A DNA stretch of 64,000 nt, taken from NCBI GenBank assembly GCA_010015805.1, contig ML978140.1, positions 310,001 to 374,000 of the forward strand, given 5' to 3'. How positions within the stretch are numbered: position 1 is the stretch's first letter; each line of letters begins with the position of its first letter. This document shows positions 1-12,900 of the stretch, in pieces. Below the pieces are notes generated by a model. That model was not told the origin of the DNA and did no database searches. It saw nothing but the letters and a program-made list of their open reading frames with translations. A program made the position numbers and the translations under genes. Source of the DNA: Rhizodiscina lignyota (taxonomy: Eukaryota).

Positions 1-1382
1 GTCCGGGCTGAGGAAGTTGTCCTTCTCAAACTCTTTGTTCCAAGGCAGCTTGGGAATCAAAGATGGCGCGGCCTCGACAAGCTTGCCGAAGGCTTTCGTG
101 CGGTCCTGGTTGACCATCGCTACGAAGCCCTCCCACTCGCCTCTGATACCATGCGGATCGCGATATGTCTCGACGAAGCCAATGTCTGTCTCCACCATGG
201 GACCTTTATCTTTAATCCAGTAACGCTGAGAGTCGACGTACGCGTTCATGCTTCCGGCACGGAACGATGTGACGTACTTTGCAAGCATGGACTTCTCATT
301 GTCGTTGGCAGCGTACTTTGACGCCTGTTCAAGAGCATAAGCGATGGTCTCCATCTCTTTCTTGTAGTCACCGAACACCAACTTGACCTTCTTGCCCTTC
401 AACTCGCCATATGGCAGCTCCCACTCCGTTTCAGGGACATCTTTGTCCTTGTCTGATGGTGAAGTTTCCGCACTTGCAATCAAGACCTCAAAGTCCCCGC
501 CCTTCGTCTTGCGTACCCTCGTATTCTCGGGCAGAAGCTTCTTCCCCTCCAAGAAATCGCTCACAGCCGCAATCTCAGCCTTCGTGATGTCCGGACTGTC
601 AGGATAATACGTGCTCACGTGCCCCTTGTCCGGATATCCCAAATGAAGCTTCTCCACACTGTCATCCGCGTATACCCCACCGACCTTATTTGCCTTCTCG
701 AACAGCTCCACGCCGCCTGGAGCCACTGACGCCAATGCTTTGAACTGCCGCTCTGCCAAACGAGGGATGAACTTGGCGTCGCCGAAGGACTTGTAATTGC
801 CACAGTTGCCGAGGAATTGAGCAGCGTAGCTGAGGAAGTCGGTCAACTCATCTTGCGAGAGGCCAGCTTCCGAGGCGAGAGAGGCCCAGTGGCCATTGCT
901 CTGCTTGTAGAGGGCGATGAGGAGGTCGTAGATGGGCTCGGATTCTGGGGAAACTTGGCGGAGGACGACACGTGTGCCGGCGAGGGAAGCGCTGTAATCG
1001 CCTATGTCAGCTCGACCATCCTGCTTTTGAACATGAAATTCATTCGCTGTAGTGCTTACACTGATATCCAGTGTGCGTAGAGCTTCTCTTGCGTGCTGAG
1101 GGCATCGAAGTGGGGTTTGATTTTGAGCTGCACGACAGTAGGTGGGCTGTCGGCCAGGTAATGCTTGAGGGTGTCGTCGTCGATTGCCATGTTCACAGAT
1201 CTTCTGGTGCGGGAAGAGTAGGATGGATCAGATTGGATAGTTGGAAAGGCGGTGCTGTGTCGTATATCAAGCTTCAGCCTCGAGACGCGGGGCACAAAGG
1301 AAGAAGCAGGGGACAGCTGGAGCTTTGCCCCACGGGGAGCTAGCTTGAGGCTTAATTTCGAGCTTAAAGACACCTTGAACAT
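1..1382 (-). CDS. DPP3: Dipeptidyl peptidase III (peptidase M49), 3' end runs off the window; alternative ATG at 1190
   Basis: Exon 1 MAIDDDTLKHYLADSPPTVVQLKIKPHFDALSTQEKLYAHWIS, intron 992-1059 (GTAAGC..CAG), then VASLAGTRVVLRQVSPESEPIYD..FLGNCGNYKSFGDAKFIP, the typical M49 N-terminus. The frame stays open to position 1. Confidence 0.9.
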
Positions 1383-1793
1383 TCGCTACCGATCAGAACT
1401 TGTCGAAGCCCCGTATGCCCGTGTTCCGACGTCTCGAGGCTGAAAAAATGGCTGGCCGGCGGGCGAGGTGTAACCTATCGTATCCTAAAGACAAGCAGCT
1501 CTCACACTACAAGGTAAGCGAGACTATCTCTGAAGGCTAGTCATACGTTTTTGGGGGTGTATTAAATCCTATCAAATCTTACAGAACTTGAATATTTTAT
1601 TCGTTATAGAAGCTATGAGCTAAAAGCCACTAGACAAGCCGTAACGCCAAAGCTAAGTAGCTCTCGTTCTTCCGGTCAAGCGAAACTTGTCTCCGAAAGT
1701 TCAAGTCCACGTTCTTAGGGATATATCTTACAATAACGCACCATTGAAAATCCGTATGCTCTATTGTCTGTTGAGGTTATACACAACAACCGC

Positions 1794-3644
1794 TCAATGG
1801 CCTGAACGTAGCAACTCTTTCACCGAAGCACTCTCCTCAAACCTTAATCCCTCTTTGATATCATGGCGGTAGTCCATCTTACAGTCGTCATCTGCCCAGT
1901 CCATAATCTCAGACGCCTTGCGGTTCGGGCACCGCTCTGCCATCATATCTGCAAAGTCTCGCATCAGTTGCGTGCCGCCGCCGATCTCCTCATCGCTGGC
2001 GCAGCATGAGGCATCCTTTAGCCAGCCTTTGTCATGGCATAAGCAGTCCCATACTCCCTTTTGGGTTTTCTGTTCGTGGCAGCTGTTGTGGTACCAGTAC
2101 TCCCTCGCACATACCTTCATCACCACAGGCATATCGGAGAAGTCGGGGTTGACGCCTCCTGTGTCCATTCGACGCTGTTTCGGCCCGGTCGGAACAAACT
2201 TCTCACCATAGAAGATCCCCAATTTCTCTGCGATGTCCCCGGCATAGTCGTTGTAGCACTCGTCATCCCCCCACACTATAATATCCGTCGCCTTGCGATC
2301 CCCGCACTTCTCTTCCATCATGTCTGCGAACTGTCGGGTCAGTTCCTGACTGCCACCGAGTTTCACATCGCTGGCACAGCACGCGGTATCCCTCAGCCAG
2401 CCTTTGTCGTCACATATACATCTAGCGACTGCGTGCGGTGTCGCCTGTTTATGGCAGCCATTGTGCGTCCAGTATGTGAATGCGCATTCCCTCATGACAT
2501 CGGGCATATCGCTAAAGTCGGGATCCTTACCGAGGGTCACTCCTGGGGTGCTGCCGGGCGCCTTGTATCGAGGCCGTAAGCGAATAGTGCCTGGGGTACT
2601 GCTCTCCGCCCTTTTCTCATAAGGCTGCAACTCGGTAGTGCCTGGGGTACTGCTGAGCGGCAATCCTCGAGGCGCTATTCGGTGCTCCGTAGGCGGCGCA
2701 GGAGGCGCATATCCAGTTAGCTCTCTCAGCTGTTTTCTGAGTGCTGGAATTTCCTTCATGTCCCACCAGATATTTTGGCACTTGCCGGCATCGCTTCCCC
2801 AGTCGTATAAATCCCCGTACGCCCGGTTCGGGCATTTTTCTGACATCATTTTTGCGTACGCCGCGACAGCGGAATCGGTCATGAGGAAACCGCGCGTGGT
2901 GCCAGCGGTCTTTACGGTGCCGCTGAGTGCGGAGTCGCAGCACCCGGTATCCTTTACCCAGCCCTTGTCGTGGCACATGCACTCCCACAGCTCCTCCTGA
3001 TCGTGCGATTTATGACAGCCGTTGTGGATCCAGTAATTTTCCCCGCATATCCTTGCCCTCGTTGGCATCCAGCTCAAGTCAGGGTGAATGCCTTTCGTAC
3101 TACTTCGCCGCAGTATGTAGCGTTCGAAGGCCGAATCTGAGGGTCGCATGACGCTGCCAGAATCGGAAGTGGCACTTTCCTTCGACGCTAGACGCTGTTG
3201 TTCTGGTTCCTCAGGCGGCACATGTTCATCTTGCAGCGCCAGCTTATAGCTGACCTCATCCCGATGGCGGCCCTCACATCGAAAGTGCGCCCAATCCAGC
3301 ATCATGGGCGTGTAGCCAGCGTGGTTCGGGCAGCGGTCGATGAACGTCTTTGCCAGTTCCAGAACCTCTTGGTCGCCGCCGCCGGGAAGGTGGGGCGAGC
3401 CGACGCAGCAGGACATGTCGCGCAAGAAGCCCTTGTCTTCACAGAGGCACTTCCACACATCGTCCTGCGACTGCTGCTCGTGGCAGGCGTTGTGCTTCCA
3501 GACCACGGGGCCGCATGTTGATGCTAGCTTTGAGAAGCCAGGGAACTCTGGTTGGAGGCCGTCAGTGTTTCCGCCGAAGCCGTCATCGGCGGAGACGAGG
3601 GTTGAGGATGTGGTGATGAGGAAGACGGTTTTGAGGAGCTTCAT
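1794..3644 (-). CDS. Secreted 616-aa cysteine-rich protein with four 8-Cys repeats separated by dibasic sites (CFEM-like / effector-like polyprotein)
   Basis: Intronless ORF with a signal peptide (MKLLKTVFLITTSSTLVSA|DD). Four repeats C-x9-C-x11-CxC-x10-CC-x23/34-C-x15/17-C. Linkers contain LRR, EKR and QRR. Confidence 0.85.
   Translation of the reverse strand: MKLLKTVFLITTSSTLVSADDGFGGNTDGLQPEFPGFSKLASTCGPVVWKHNACHEQQSQDDVWKCLCEDKGFLRDMSCCVGSPHLPGGGDQEVLELAKTFIDRCPNHAGYTPMMLDWAHFRCEGRHRDEVSYKLALQDEHVPPEEPEQQRLASKESATSDSGSVMRPSDSAFERYILRRSSTKGIHPDLSWMPTRARICGENYWIHNGCHKSHDQEELWECMCHDKGWVKDTGCCDSALSGTVKTAGTTRGFLMTDSAVAAYAKMMSEKCPNRAYGDLYDWGSDAGKCQNIWWDMKEIPALRKQLRELTGYAPPAPPTEHRIAPRGLPLSSTPGTTELQPYEKRAESSTPGTIRLRPRYKAPGSTPGVTLGKDPDFSDMPDVMRECAFTYWTHNGCHKQATPHAVARCICDDKGWLRDTACCASDVKLGGSQELTRQFADMMEEKCGDRKATDIIVWGDDECYNDYAGDIAEKLGIFYGEKFVPTGPKQRRMDTGGVNPDFSDMPVVMKVCAREYWYHNSCHEQKTQKGVWDCLCHDKGWLKDASCCASDEEIGGGTQLMRDFADMMAERCPNRKASEIMDWADDDCKMDYRHDIKEGLRFEESASVKELLRSGH
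2541..2654. repeat. Short intragenic direct repeat encoding (S/G)STPG(T/V) three times
   Basis: tagtgcctggggtactgct is exact at 2585-2603 and 2636-2654; a third, degenerate copy cctggggtgctgc starts at 2542. Confidence 0.8.
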
Positions 3645-4199
3645 GGTGAGTTTCGGTTACGTTGAGATGAGTATGTGATGGGGTTTGATGTGATTCTGTG
3701 ATGATACGCTATGCAATCATTCTGTGATGATGCGGTATGAGAAGAAAGGATGAATGTGAAAGAGGAGAAGAAACCTTTATAGCATCTGAAAATCACAGTG
3801 CGTCCGAGTTTGAGCGTCGCCTCCAACTCTATTCCAGTAAACCAAAGCGAATTGAAAATGCGCTCCTTTCGCTCGTAACCCCGCTTCGACGTTGTAGATG
3901 GAAGTTGTGCAGAAAAGAGGGGAACTGCATGACTGTCCTATAAATGCCTTCCACGCGCGTAATGCTTTTCGTTCGTTTGGCTTCGCGACGAACGCACCCC
4001 GCAAGTCCCAACTTTGTGGGCTTCAATATCGGTACCTAAGCTCTTTGAGTCACCGCAAGCGCCATTCCTGAGGCACAGATCCAGAAAATCAAAATAGAGT
4101 TGAAACAAAGAAGGATGGTGCAAAACATATTCAGTAAGAAGCTCGGTGGTAGTTATTGGTGGCTGGTATATGTGAAGCAATAATGGCCGTTCAAAGGCA

Positions 4200-5460
4200 G
4201 CTAAATGCAAACGTACTGACGAAGAAGGCGATTAAGGGAAAGAGATCGCGGGCAGAATTCGATGGGCAATACTGGAGAAGACCTCAAGTACTCTACGTAA
4301 CACGCACGTAAATGGCTTGCAGTCAGAGCTTGCATATTTTAGGAACCAGAGGTTCGAAAGAACCAAGTTACAGGAGTCCTAACGTAGAGAGGCAAGAGTC
4401 GTGTCCAGACGCTATAGTAGAGTATAGAGAGGGTAAATGTTATTTTCCCACGGGGCCTAGGTGATGATTGATGCGAGTTGTGCCGTGGAGGGTATTCGAA
4501 TCACGGTGGGATCGAGTTCAAGGGTAGGTATTGTCATAGAGTAGGTCAAGCACCTTGCTAAGGGGGTAACGAAATAGTTGAAAATGACTAATCGAAACGC
4601 GGCAGTATGAACAAGTCTTATTCTTCAATACGGATGAGAGTGTCTCTGAAAGCTCGATTTGGTATACACTAGGCCGTATTTACCTAAGATACGCATACTT
4701 AGTGTATGTAATATATATTGACTACCGAGGATATGCATCCTCCCGGTTTGATATGTTATATCGACGACTTAACCTTTCTGTCACCCACTTTGCCTCCTTG
4801 GTGCTGTGGTCGGGCCGAGCATGTCGGCCGAGTCGAGAACCTTCACTCAAAGGTGTCCTTAGTAGAACAAGCGCGTATGTGAATAGCGTGCTTGAGAGCG
4901 TGCCATTCAAGCGCTTATTTGAGTATTAAGGGTGCCATCATGTGAAGACGTACAGCTTTGTGGTTTTGAATAAAACAAGAGATTTAGGTTGGATGGCAAC
5001 GGGCTGCCCAAGTCATTCACGGGATATCAGAGGAGTGCCAGATGTAGGATAACAGATATGTCTACTCATTGGTGAGCTACCTATCCATTAAAGGCGCTCT
5101 GCTATCGTATCCAAATGCCACCATCGTCGTCCTAGTCCCACTGATAGCATTGGAGAAGATAACGAAGAGAAACGAGGATTTATATTCGTGTATAATCTTT
5201 ACACGTTCTTCACGCGTTTATAATAAACAAAAGCGGAGTTCGGGGTCCTTACTATATGAAGTAAGCGCATTCTTAATATAGCACCTCCTAGTACTAGATA
5301 AGAATGATATAATCCAATTAGGCCAGGATATAGATCACGTGATATTCTTTATGGAGAATAGAGAATGAAGAAAGTCTTTTCGATTGCTTAACTAGAGAAA
5401 GCTACCTAAGTAGCCTTCTCTGTGCAGAATTCTCTGCATAACCTAATGCCTCTTATCCAA
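4200..5460. other. AT-rich, TpA-rich intergenic tract, possibly a RIP-degraded repeat relic
   Basis: Visibly lower GC than the flanking genes, many TA/TAG/TAA words and no credible ORF. Judged by eye; RIP indices were not computed. Confidence 0.4.
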
Positions 5461-5477
5461 TGGCCTCACCTCACTGT

Positions 5478-7024
5478 TTAGTCCTCATCCTCATCCTCAT
5501 CCTCATCCTCACTCTCGTACTCAGCGTGCGGCGCTTCATCGTCGCCCTCCAGCCTGCCCTTCTTCGGAGTCATCATGTAACGCTCCCTGCTGTTCTTGAA
5601 GGACGCTTCAACTGTCCTTCCACCGAAGTGACGGCCGTTGAACTGCTCAACGCACTTGGCAGCAGCCTGAGCGCTCTCGAACCTGACGGTGACAACGCCC
5701 GCCTTCTCTCGGTCCCACACCACGACTCCCTCGACCTTACCCAGCTTCGCGCACTCATCGCGGATGTCGGCCTTGATGTCCTTGCGCGCTGTTGGATCAT
5801 GCTGTGGCATACGTTAGTATGCATCTTGAAGCTTGTAGGTAGAACTCATACCTCGAGCTCCTCGAGCGTGAACATGTGCTTGAGGACGACGATTGTTGTC
5901 CAGACCCTGGCGCCTCGCTCAGCCGGCATGTCATCGTCGTCGTCCCAGTCGGCCAGCTTGTTGTTCATCTTCTCTCTGACCTCTTTAAGCTTCCACGAGG
6001 GCAGCATCTGCTTCTTGCCACCTGCTCCGTCAAGCCCCTTCATCTTCGTAGGGTCCTTGTTCACCTTGTAGCTCCAATCTGCCTCCTTGACTTGCATCTT
6101 GCCCATTGGGCCTGCTTCTCCAAGACGGAAGTCGGTCTCGTCCAGCATCTGGATGGCGAGCTGAACGCTCTCCGGGCGGAAGTAGACGACGAGTGCCTCA
6201 CCCTTTGACTTGCCATCATCATCGGTGTAGATCTTGATACGTGGAGTGGTGTCACCGGTGCGTGGGTCGATTGACTTTGCGACGAGGCCGTACTTGGAGA
6301 AGACATTGTGGATATCGTCGACGTCAGCATCGAGCGGGAGCGACGTGACGTAGACAGCAGTATTCTGAGCCTCCGTCTTAGGTCCAGACTGGTCCGTACG
6401 CGCCTTCTTGGCTTGGTTCTTGCCGCCTTTCTTACCACCCTGCTCGTCGTGATACTTGTGCTTTGCCGCCTTCTTCTCTTTCTGATCCTCAGGCTCCTAC
6501 ATGAAATTGAGTATGTTCTGACGTATTAAACTTGAAGATGCAACTCACGGCACTGCGCTTGCGCTTCTTTGGTGGCTCCGAGGCACCGAACACTTCGCCG
6601 CTCTCATCAAGTTGGCCGACAGCACGAGCGTTAGCTCCGCCTTGTTGCCTCGAGGCACCAACCCGTCCGACGCTCTCATAACCGGCAGCAAGGGCGTCCA
6701 TTTCGATTTCATGTTCGATCTTTTCTGGGATATCCTCCTGTAAGACCGAGAGAAGATCCGGTGGTTAGAAAAAGCCAGGATACGACATTTGATGCCTTAA
6801 GTTCAAGTGACCGCTCTCAAACGAGAGAATCACCACCGATCGATTAGAGGGCATACCGATATGGTCCAGCTCTTCTTTGCATCGTCCCACACCCATTCCT
6901 CGCCATCCTCATCCTCCAGGTGGAATTTGCCATCTACCATGGATTGACTGACGCGAAAGTCATCATTGAACTCTTCCTTCGTGCGCGGGAAGGGAGCAAC
7001 GCCCTCCTCCGCCAAGCTCGACAT
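5478..7024 (-). CDS. CUS2: U2 snRNP-associated splicing factor of the Cus2/Tat-SF1/Uap2 family (RRM + UHM)
   Basis: ATG at 7024; introns about 6738-6856, 6497-6548 and one near 5800-5850. RRM1 NTAVYVTSLPLD..PRIKIYTDDDGKSKGEALVVYFRPESVQLAIQMLDET, then KLADWDDDD, IVVLKHMFTLEEL and DIRDECAKLGKV..FNGRHFGGR, with an acidic ED tail. Confidence 0.9.
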
Positions 7025-8168
7025 TTCGACGAAGATATTGAAGATGTAGCAGTAGTGCAAGTAGCGTTTGGTGCAGCGGCGAAATGTTGTTGAAGGTGGT
7101 GTTGTTGTGAACTTGTGATGTCAAGATTTAATGTGCCGCGCGGGCGGCCCAAGCTCCTTCCGCGCTAGCAGGTAAAATGTCGGACCGAGCCGCGAAGCGA
7201 GCCAATAATCGCATAGAAATGCTCCACCCGTGCTCTCTGCGGTTGATGCCGTGAACAGCTTCGTGAGGTGGCTTCGCGGATTTGGTGGGCATTTCTAAGG
7301 TTAAACTGTTCCGCAGTTATGCATCAAATTGCACCGGAAGTTAGCTTAATTCCGACCCCCATGGGAAGATTCAGCCTTCATACGGTGTACATGGTGATGT
7401 GCATGGAACAGGCCAGACATTATAAAGTGCCTAAGCTGCAGCACTGGCTGCACTGCAGCCTCAACTGCGGGCTGTGCATATATCAGTGGAGAATTCCGCC
7501 AGTGCGGAGAGCTATGGAAGGCGCCCTTTTTGTTTTGAGCTGTCGCCAACAGCTTTTGTCTCTATTAGAGCCCAGCTCAGAGCTACCTTTCTCGAGGCAT
7601 ATTTTGGGAGTCGGGCACCGTAGCACAATAGAGCAATTTGCAGCAAGCTCCACGGGTCACTCAAGCATCCAGAACCAAGGAGTGCTTCATCCACATCGTC
7701 TCTCATTCATCCCTATCACTTACTCCGTGATCTCATCAATCTCACCCGCCGGAAATAAGTCTAAAGCCCATCCGTATCGGAAGATTAATTGTACAGGGTC
7801 GCGCGTGAAGAAAGCTGAAAAAGGCGACGCGGAAGAAAAGAGGACAACCCTCTGAACGCAAAAAGGTATCACTCAATCGTCAGAACCGCCCAACGAGTCG
7901 ACCATAGCATAAGCCGGCACATGTCCCGTACACCACCCCAGAACCGCTCCTCCTCACGCTCACACCTCATCCCCAGCCCAGACCACAATTTTACCGCCCC
8001 TCATTATCGTGTTATAGTTATGCCTTTTTCTCGCGGAACAAGATTTCACTTGCGCAGTAATTCTAGCAAATGCGCCGAATAAGAATGCTGAGCCGACACG
8101 CCGTGGTAGGAAGGAAGGAGGGAGGAAGTAGGAGGAGGAGGTCCATACTGATGTGGATGTATGTGTTT

Positions 8169-9976
8169 TCAGAGGGCGTGGAGCATCATACCTTCCGAGT
8201 CGTGGTTCATCTTGTCATGCGGCTCCGCCGTCGAGTCGCGGTTGTGCATCGACGAGTGCGAGTCGTCGTCACCTGGGCTCTTGACTTCGCGGGCAAGCTC
8301 CACGTAGTCATACTGAGGGTGTTGGTTAGCACTGTTAAACTTTTCATTCGAGGAGAGGGGGATTAGCGTACGGCAAACTCTCCAATTTCGACGTCATCGA
8401 TACCGAGCATCTCCTCCTCCTCGCTGGCACGTAGCCTGAAGGCTGGCATGAACCTGCCAAGGAAGTCAAGCACGGCGAGGATAACGCAGGTACCGGCGAA
8501 TGAGTAACCACCACCGGCGAGAGAGTCGGCTACTTGGTAACCAAGCTGGACCCAGTGATGGTTCAGCCAGCCACCGTCGATGGAGTTGATACCGTCGAGA
8601 TGAGCAATGTAGTCACTGTGGGCCGTTAGTGAGGATCATACGTGGGGAGTGGTAGACATACGCGGCGAAGAATGCAGTGCAGATGTTTCCAACAAAGCCA
8701 CCAACAGCGTGGACGGCGAAAATGTCGAGAGCATCATCCGCACGGAGGAAATACTTCAACTTTGTAGCGTAGTTGCAGGCAGCTCCTCCAACGACACCGA
8801 AGACGACCGCTGACCAGGGAGGGCAGTATCCGGAACCTGGCGTGATGGCAACGAGACCAGCGATAACTCCAGAGCAGAATCCAACAGTAGACCATTTCTT
8901 CTCCAGTCTGTAGTCGACCAAGCACCATGTGATCCCACCAACGCACGCAGCCAAATTGGTGACGACGGCAGCAACAACAGCGCGCATGTTAGCGCCCAAG
9001 GCCGAGCCTGCGTTGAAGCCGAACCATCCAACCCATAGGAAGACGGTTCCGAGGACAATCTGCGTGACATTGTGCGGACGGTAGTTCAACTCTTGAGTAC
9101 CGTGGCCACGACGCTTGCCAAGCATATAGGAGTAGGCAAGCGCAGCAGAGCCAGATGAGATATGCACTGGCGTGCCACCTGCAAAGTCAAGGCCGCCCAT
9201 CTTGAAGGACCATCCAGCAGGATTCCAGGTCCAGCAGGCGATCGGATCGTAGATGACTGTGCTCCAGACGAACATGTAGATGATGCATGGAAGCATGCGT
9301 CCACGCTCGGCCACGGCTCCTACTGCAAGGGCGACACTAATGGATTACGTTAGACCAATTAATCGAGAAAGTAGAACGTCGTCGTGAAACTCACGTGATG
9401 GCTGCAAACATCCCTTGGTAGACAGCGAAAAGCAGGTCAGGGACTCGGGGGCTTCCCACTGAAGGTTGTGCAAGCACATTCATGAAGCCAAAGTTGTCGA
9501 GGGCGCCAATGAACTTGCCAGCCTTGTGGGAAAAGGTAAGAGAGTAGCCCCAGAAGAACCATTGGAAGGAGATGACAGCTGTAGCCATGACAGAAAGCCA
9601 TAGTAGTGACAAAGCCGATTTTCTCCGAGCCAATCCAGAGTAGAAGAAGCTGGAGTTTGTTAGTGATCAACATCCCAACTCGTGAATGGAGGTCTTTGGC
9701 ATACCCGACACCTGGAATCATGAGCAAGACAAGTGCTGTGGATGTAATCATCCATGCAATGTCTCCAGACTAAAGAAGCAGTTAGTGACAAAATGCAGAA
9801 TAAAGATATCGATTCTGACAACGCACAGCATAGTACACATTCAGATCTTCTGTAAGTGAGTTTCCACCAGTTGCAGGGGCATCTGTAGGGTATGGAACCA
9901 GTGGGACAAACGGTATTGACGGCGCCGTGGCGGTGGCCGCATTCGGGAACGTCAATGTCCCGGAGACGACCGACAT
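8169..9976 (-). CDS. Ammonium transporter (Amt/Mep family, MeaA-like)
   Basis: Multi-exon gene with TALVLLMIPGVG, FAVYQGMFAAIT, AERGR, DFAGGTPVHISSG, WVGWFGFNAGS, GLVAITPGSG and DDALDIFAVHAVGG. Last intron 8313-8371; last exon YDYVELAREVK..LHAL, stop at 8169. Confidence 0.95.
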
Positions 9977-12900
9977 GGCTGCTGGATTCGAATTATCTGT
10001 AGAGAAGAAAGGTTGAAGTGGCTGATCTTAAAGGAGCGCGAGAATAGTGAGTACAGCCAAGTATATGGGGTATCCTTGGCACACGCGTGTAGCCTGTCAG
10101 ATCGTAGGGAGCGGACCGATAAACGATGAAAATCGGTCGTTAAAGAGCGGAAGAATGAGTCCTCAGGCGATCCGGTCAATAGGTTACCGAGTTGATACCT
10201 AGGAATCGAGTATGGCCCGAGTCCAGAATGACCGCTGTGGATGATCTGGGCGGTTTCCCTGGAAGGAGTGACAGACTGGTATGCTTGGCGATGGTCTGCC
10301 CAATTGGGACCTGCCGGAGGGTTTGGACAGTCGAATCGATACTCGTTGAGCCGGGTGAGAATGAGGTGAGAAGGAGAGTCCAGCAACGCGAATCGTCGAC
10401 CTGCAACGCGAGCGAGGGTCGTTGATCGTGTGCTCCGGGGCCGTTGCGCAGGAAGAAGAAGACGAGGGAGAGAGTTTGGGTGTCGGAAAGCTATAAACAG
10501 CCTGGGTCAGGCACGCGCGAGATGCAGATTGCACTCCGCCGCCTCCGCGTCTGGGCTGCTGGTTATCGGAGCACTTGCAAGGCTCCTCCTCAAAACGTCT
10601 GGGCGCTCTGTTCGTCACTTGGGTTCCGGCTAGGAGCTGACCGGGGACGTGGCCAATCCGAAAACGTGGATCTTAAGGGACCGCACACAGCACTAGGAGG
10701 GCGTAGGGCGTAAGCAGCCCACAAATCGCACGGAACTCGCGTGAGACGCCGTCGAGCGGAGAGCGCAGCACGTTGCGGCTGCTATCGTGCTGCGACGTCG
10801 CAAATTTTCAGCAAAAGGAACGAGGCGTGATATCTCCAGCGCCATTTTCGCCGTTGATGTATGCTGCGGTAGCCTCGACGTGCTGTATCGTTATTCAGCG
10901 TTTTACGAATGTCCCCTTCAGCGGTCTTATCTGGTGGCGCGCGACCCTGGACGCGGGATGCATCGGCTGGCGTGCTCGTACCGGCATCACGGATTTGACA
11001 TGAAGAGACATCGTCCCCTGCTGCGCCGTCCACATCGCCGGACGGCTGGCAAACAAAAGAAACGCGAAATCTCCAGTCCCACGAAACGTCAAGGGGTTTG
11101 CTTTGAGACAAATTTCGCCAAAGGCGATCATTGCCTTCACCACCACGCTTGATCATCATGATACATCGACTCTCACGCCGTTCCTGGTCAATCCTCTACC
11201 GATAGGGACTTCCTCCTGCCCTTTTCCATCTAACCGACCTATAACGGCCCGTCTTGCGCAATTTGCTTCAGGTAGGGCTGGGAGACGCGACATCTCGCGT
11301 GCGACTGACCCAGCGCAATGGTGCTTTGTTCCTGGTGTGAGGCCGCTACCTTCCCTTCCTTTCTATATCATGGGCGATGAGCCAAGCCTGCTTCTTCATT
11401 CTGCGCCGGGCTGTTCCCGAAACGGTTGCATCGTTTCGTATTTCTTTTGGCATGTTTCATGGCCAGTGCGTTCCCCTATCAATGCCAAGGCTTTTCGAGA
11501 GTGGAGAGTACGGCGAGTTATTGTATTATGCGACATCTGACTGGGCTAGTTTAAAGGCGCTCACTCCATCTCTTCGTTAATCCATTGGACTGAAATCGTG
11601 AACGAAAAAGAAAGAAGAAGCCAAGCTTCCCGCCTTTGCGCCATTTGCGCCATTTATATGCTTAGCCTTGCTTGTCTTGCAACGCCTTCATCGAGTATGA
11701 ACCACGCTGAGCGACACGACGCTGTAGACGCTTCGTTTCTTGACTCTCAATTCCCCCTTCTGTCTTCAGTACCGTGGGGTTTTGTCATCTACGCTAAGCG
11801 AAACAGATGAATGCGATATAGCCGACGTCCTTGTCTGGAGTATAAGCTCGACGAAATTTGCAAAGGTTGGAGTCCCGCATCTAGATTGACGCTGTCTCGG
11901 CGAGAGTATAGCATCCATATTATATGACAAGGTTCGAGAATCTTGGTCGTACTCGATCCGGTCGCTCATCACCAACTGCCACATCCGGGCTATTCTGTCG
12001 TCCGAGTGAGTTGGCTGTGCTACCGGAGGGCGAAACCATTTCACCGGCTGGAATTCCTTGCGCATGACCCCTATTTTCGTGGTCGATTTAGGATGTTTTC
12101 AAGCTCCTCTGCTGAATCTGAATGATTTTGCGCGTCATACTGTTCCGCGAGAGAGCGTGAAGCCAGGGGCTCGTCTTCTTGAACATTCTGTTGTTACATA
12201 TGTCGACACAAGTCTTCCCCGTACTTCATAACTTGAGGGCAGCCGATGCAAGCGACCGGGACATAGCAGATTCTGTTACTGGCAAGCTGAAGCGTAGAGA
12301 TCAATTCGCCTCTTGCGAGTCTGAAACCAGCGTCGCTTGCAATCATGATCGTTCTCTTGAGATTTCTAGGTGAGATATTGGAGGACAAACTTGGATGGTC
12401 TTATGAAAGAACGTTCTCAAGAAAGAAGCAATGGTAGCTTCTTGAGCTCCTCGCGATAGCAGTGTATAGTGAAAAGTTGCAATGCACTGCTCGAGTAGCT
12501 GCGAGACAGTGTATGTTGCTGAAATCAGATCCTCCTCGCTGCTGTAGTGTTCTAAATAAATAAGGAAAGGCCGACCATCACTTCTACCAGAAACGGTAAT
12601 AGCGAGCCAAAATGTAGCATGCGCTTACTGGTTACAAATGCACTGTTGATTTTCGGTGCATGCTGCCACTTTCGGGGCCAATGGAGCACGAGGACAGCTC
12701 GCGAGCTGCAAGTTGCAGCAGCAGGTTTCTGAGCCATGACAAGGTTGGCTGGGCTGGATGGCGACATCAATACGCTTGAAAAAATGCTCTTCCCCCTTTG
12801 ACGCTCTCATCTCCATGCCTCATCGCCACATCAAAAATCCTTGCCCAATGCCGACGCGCAGAGACGCGTGAAGGTGTTCTCGACCGCCGAAATTCCTGCA

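Noticed and set aside
5481..5510. (TCCTCA)n tract here and the (TTCTCC)n tract near 61192-61215
   Set aside because: Ordinary coding low-complexity sequence (ED and KE tails).
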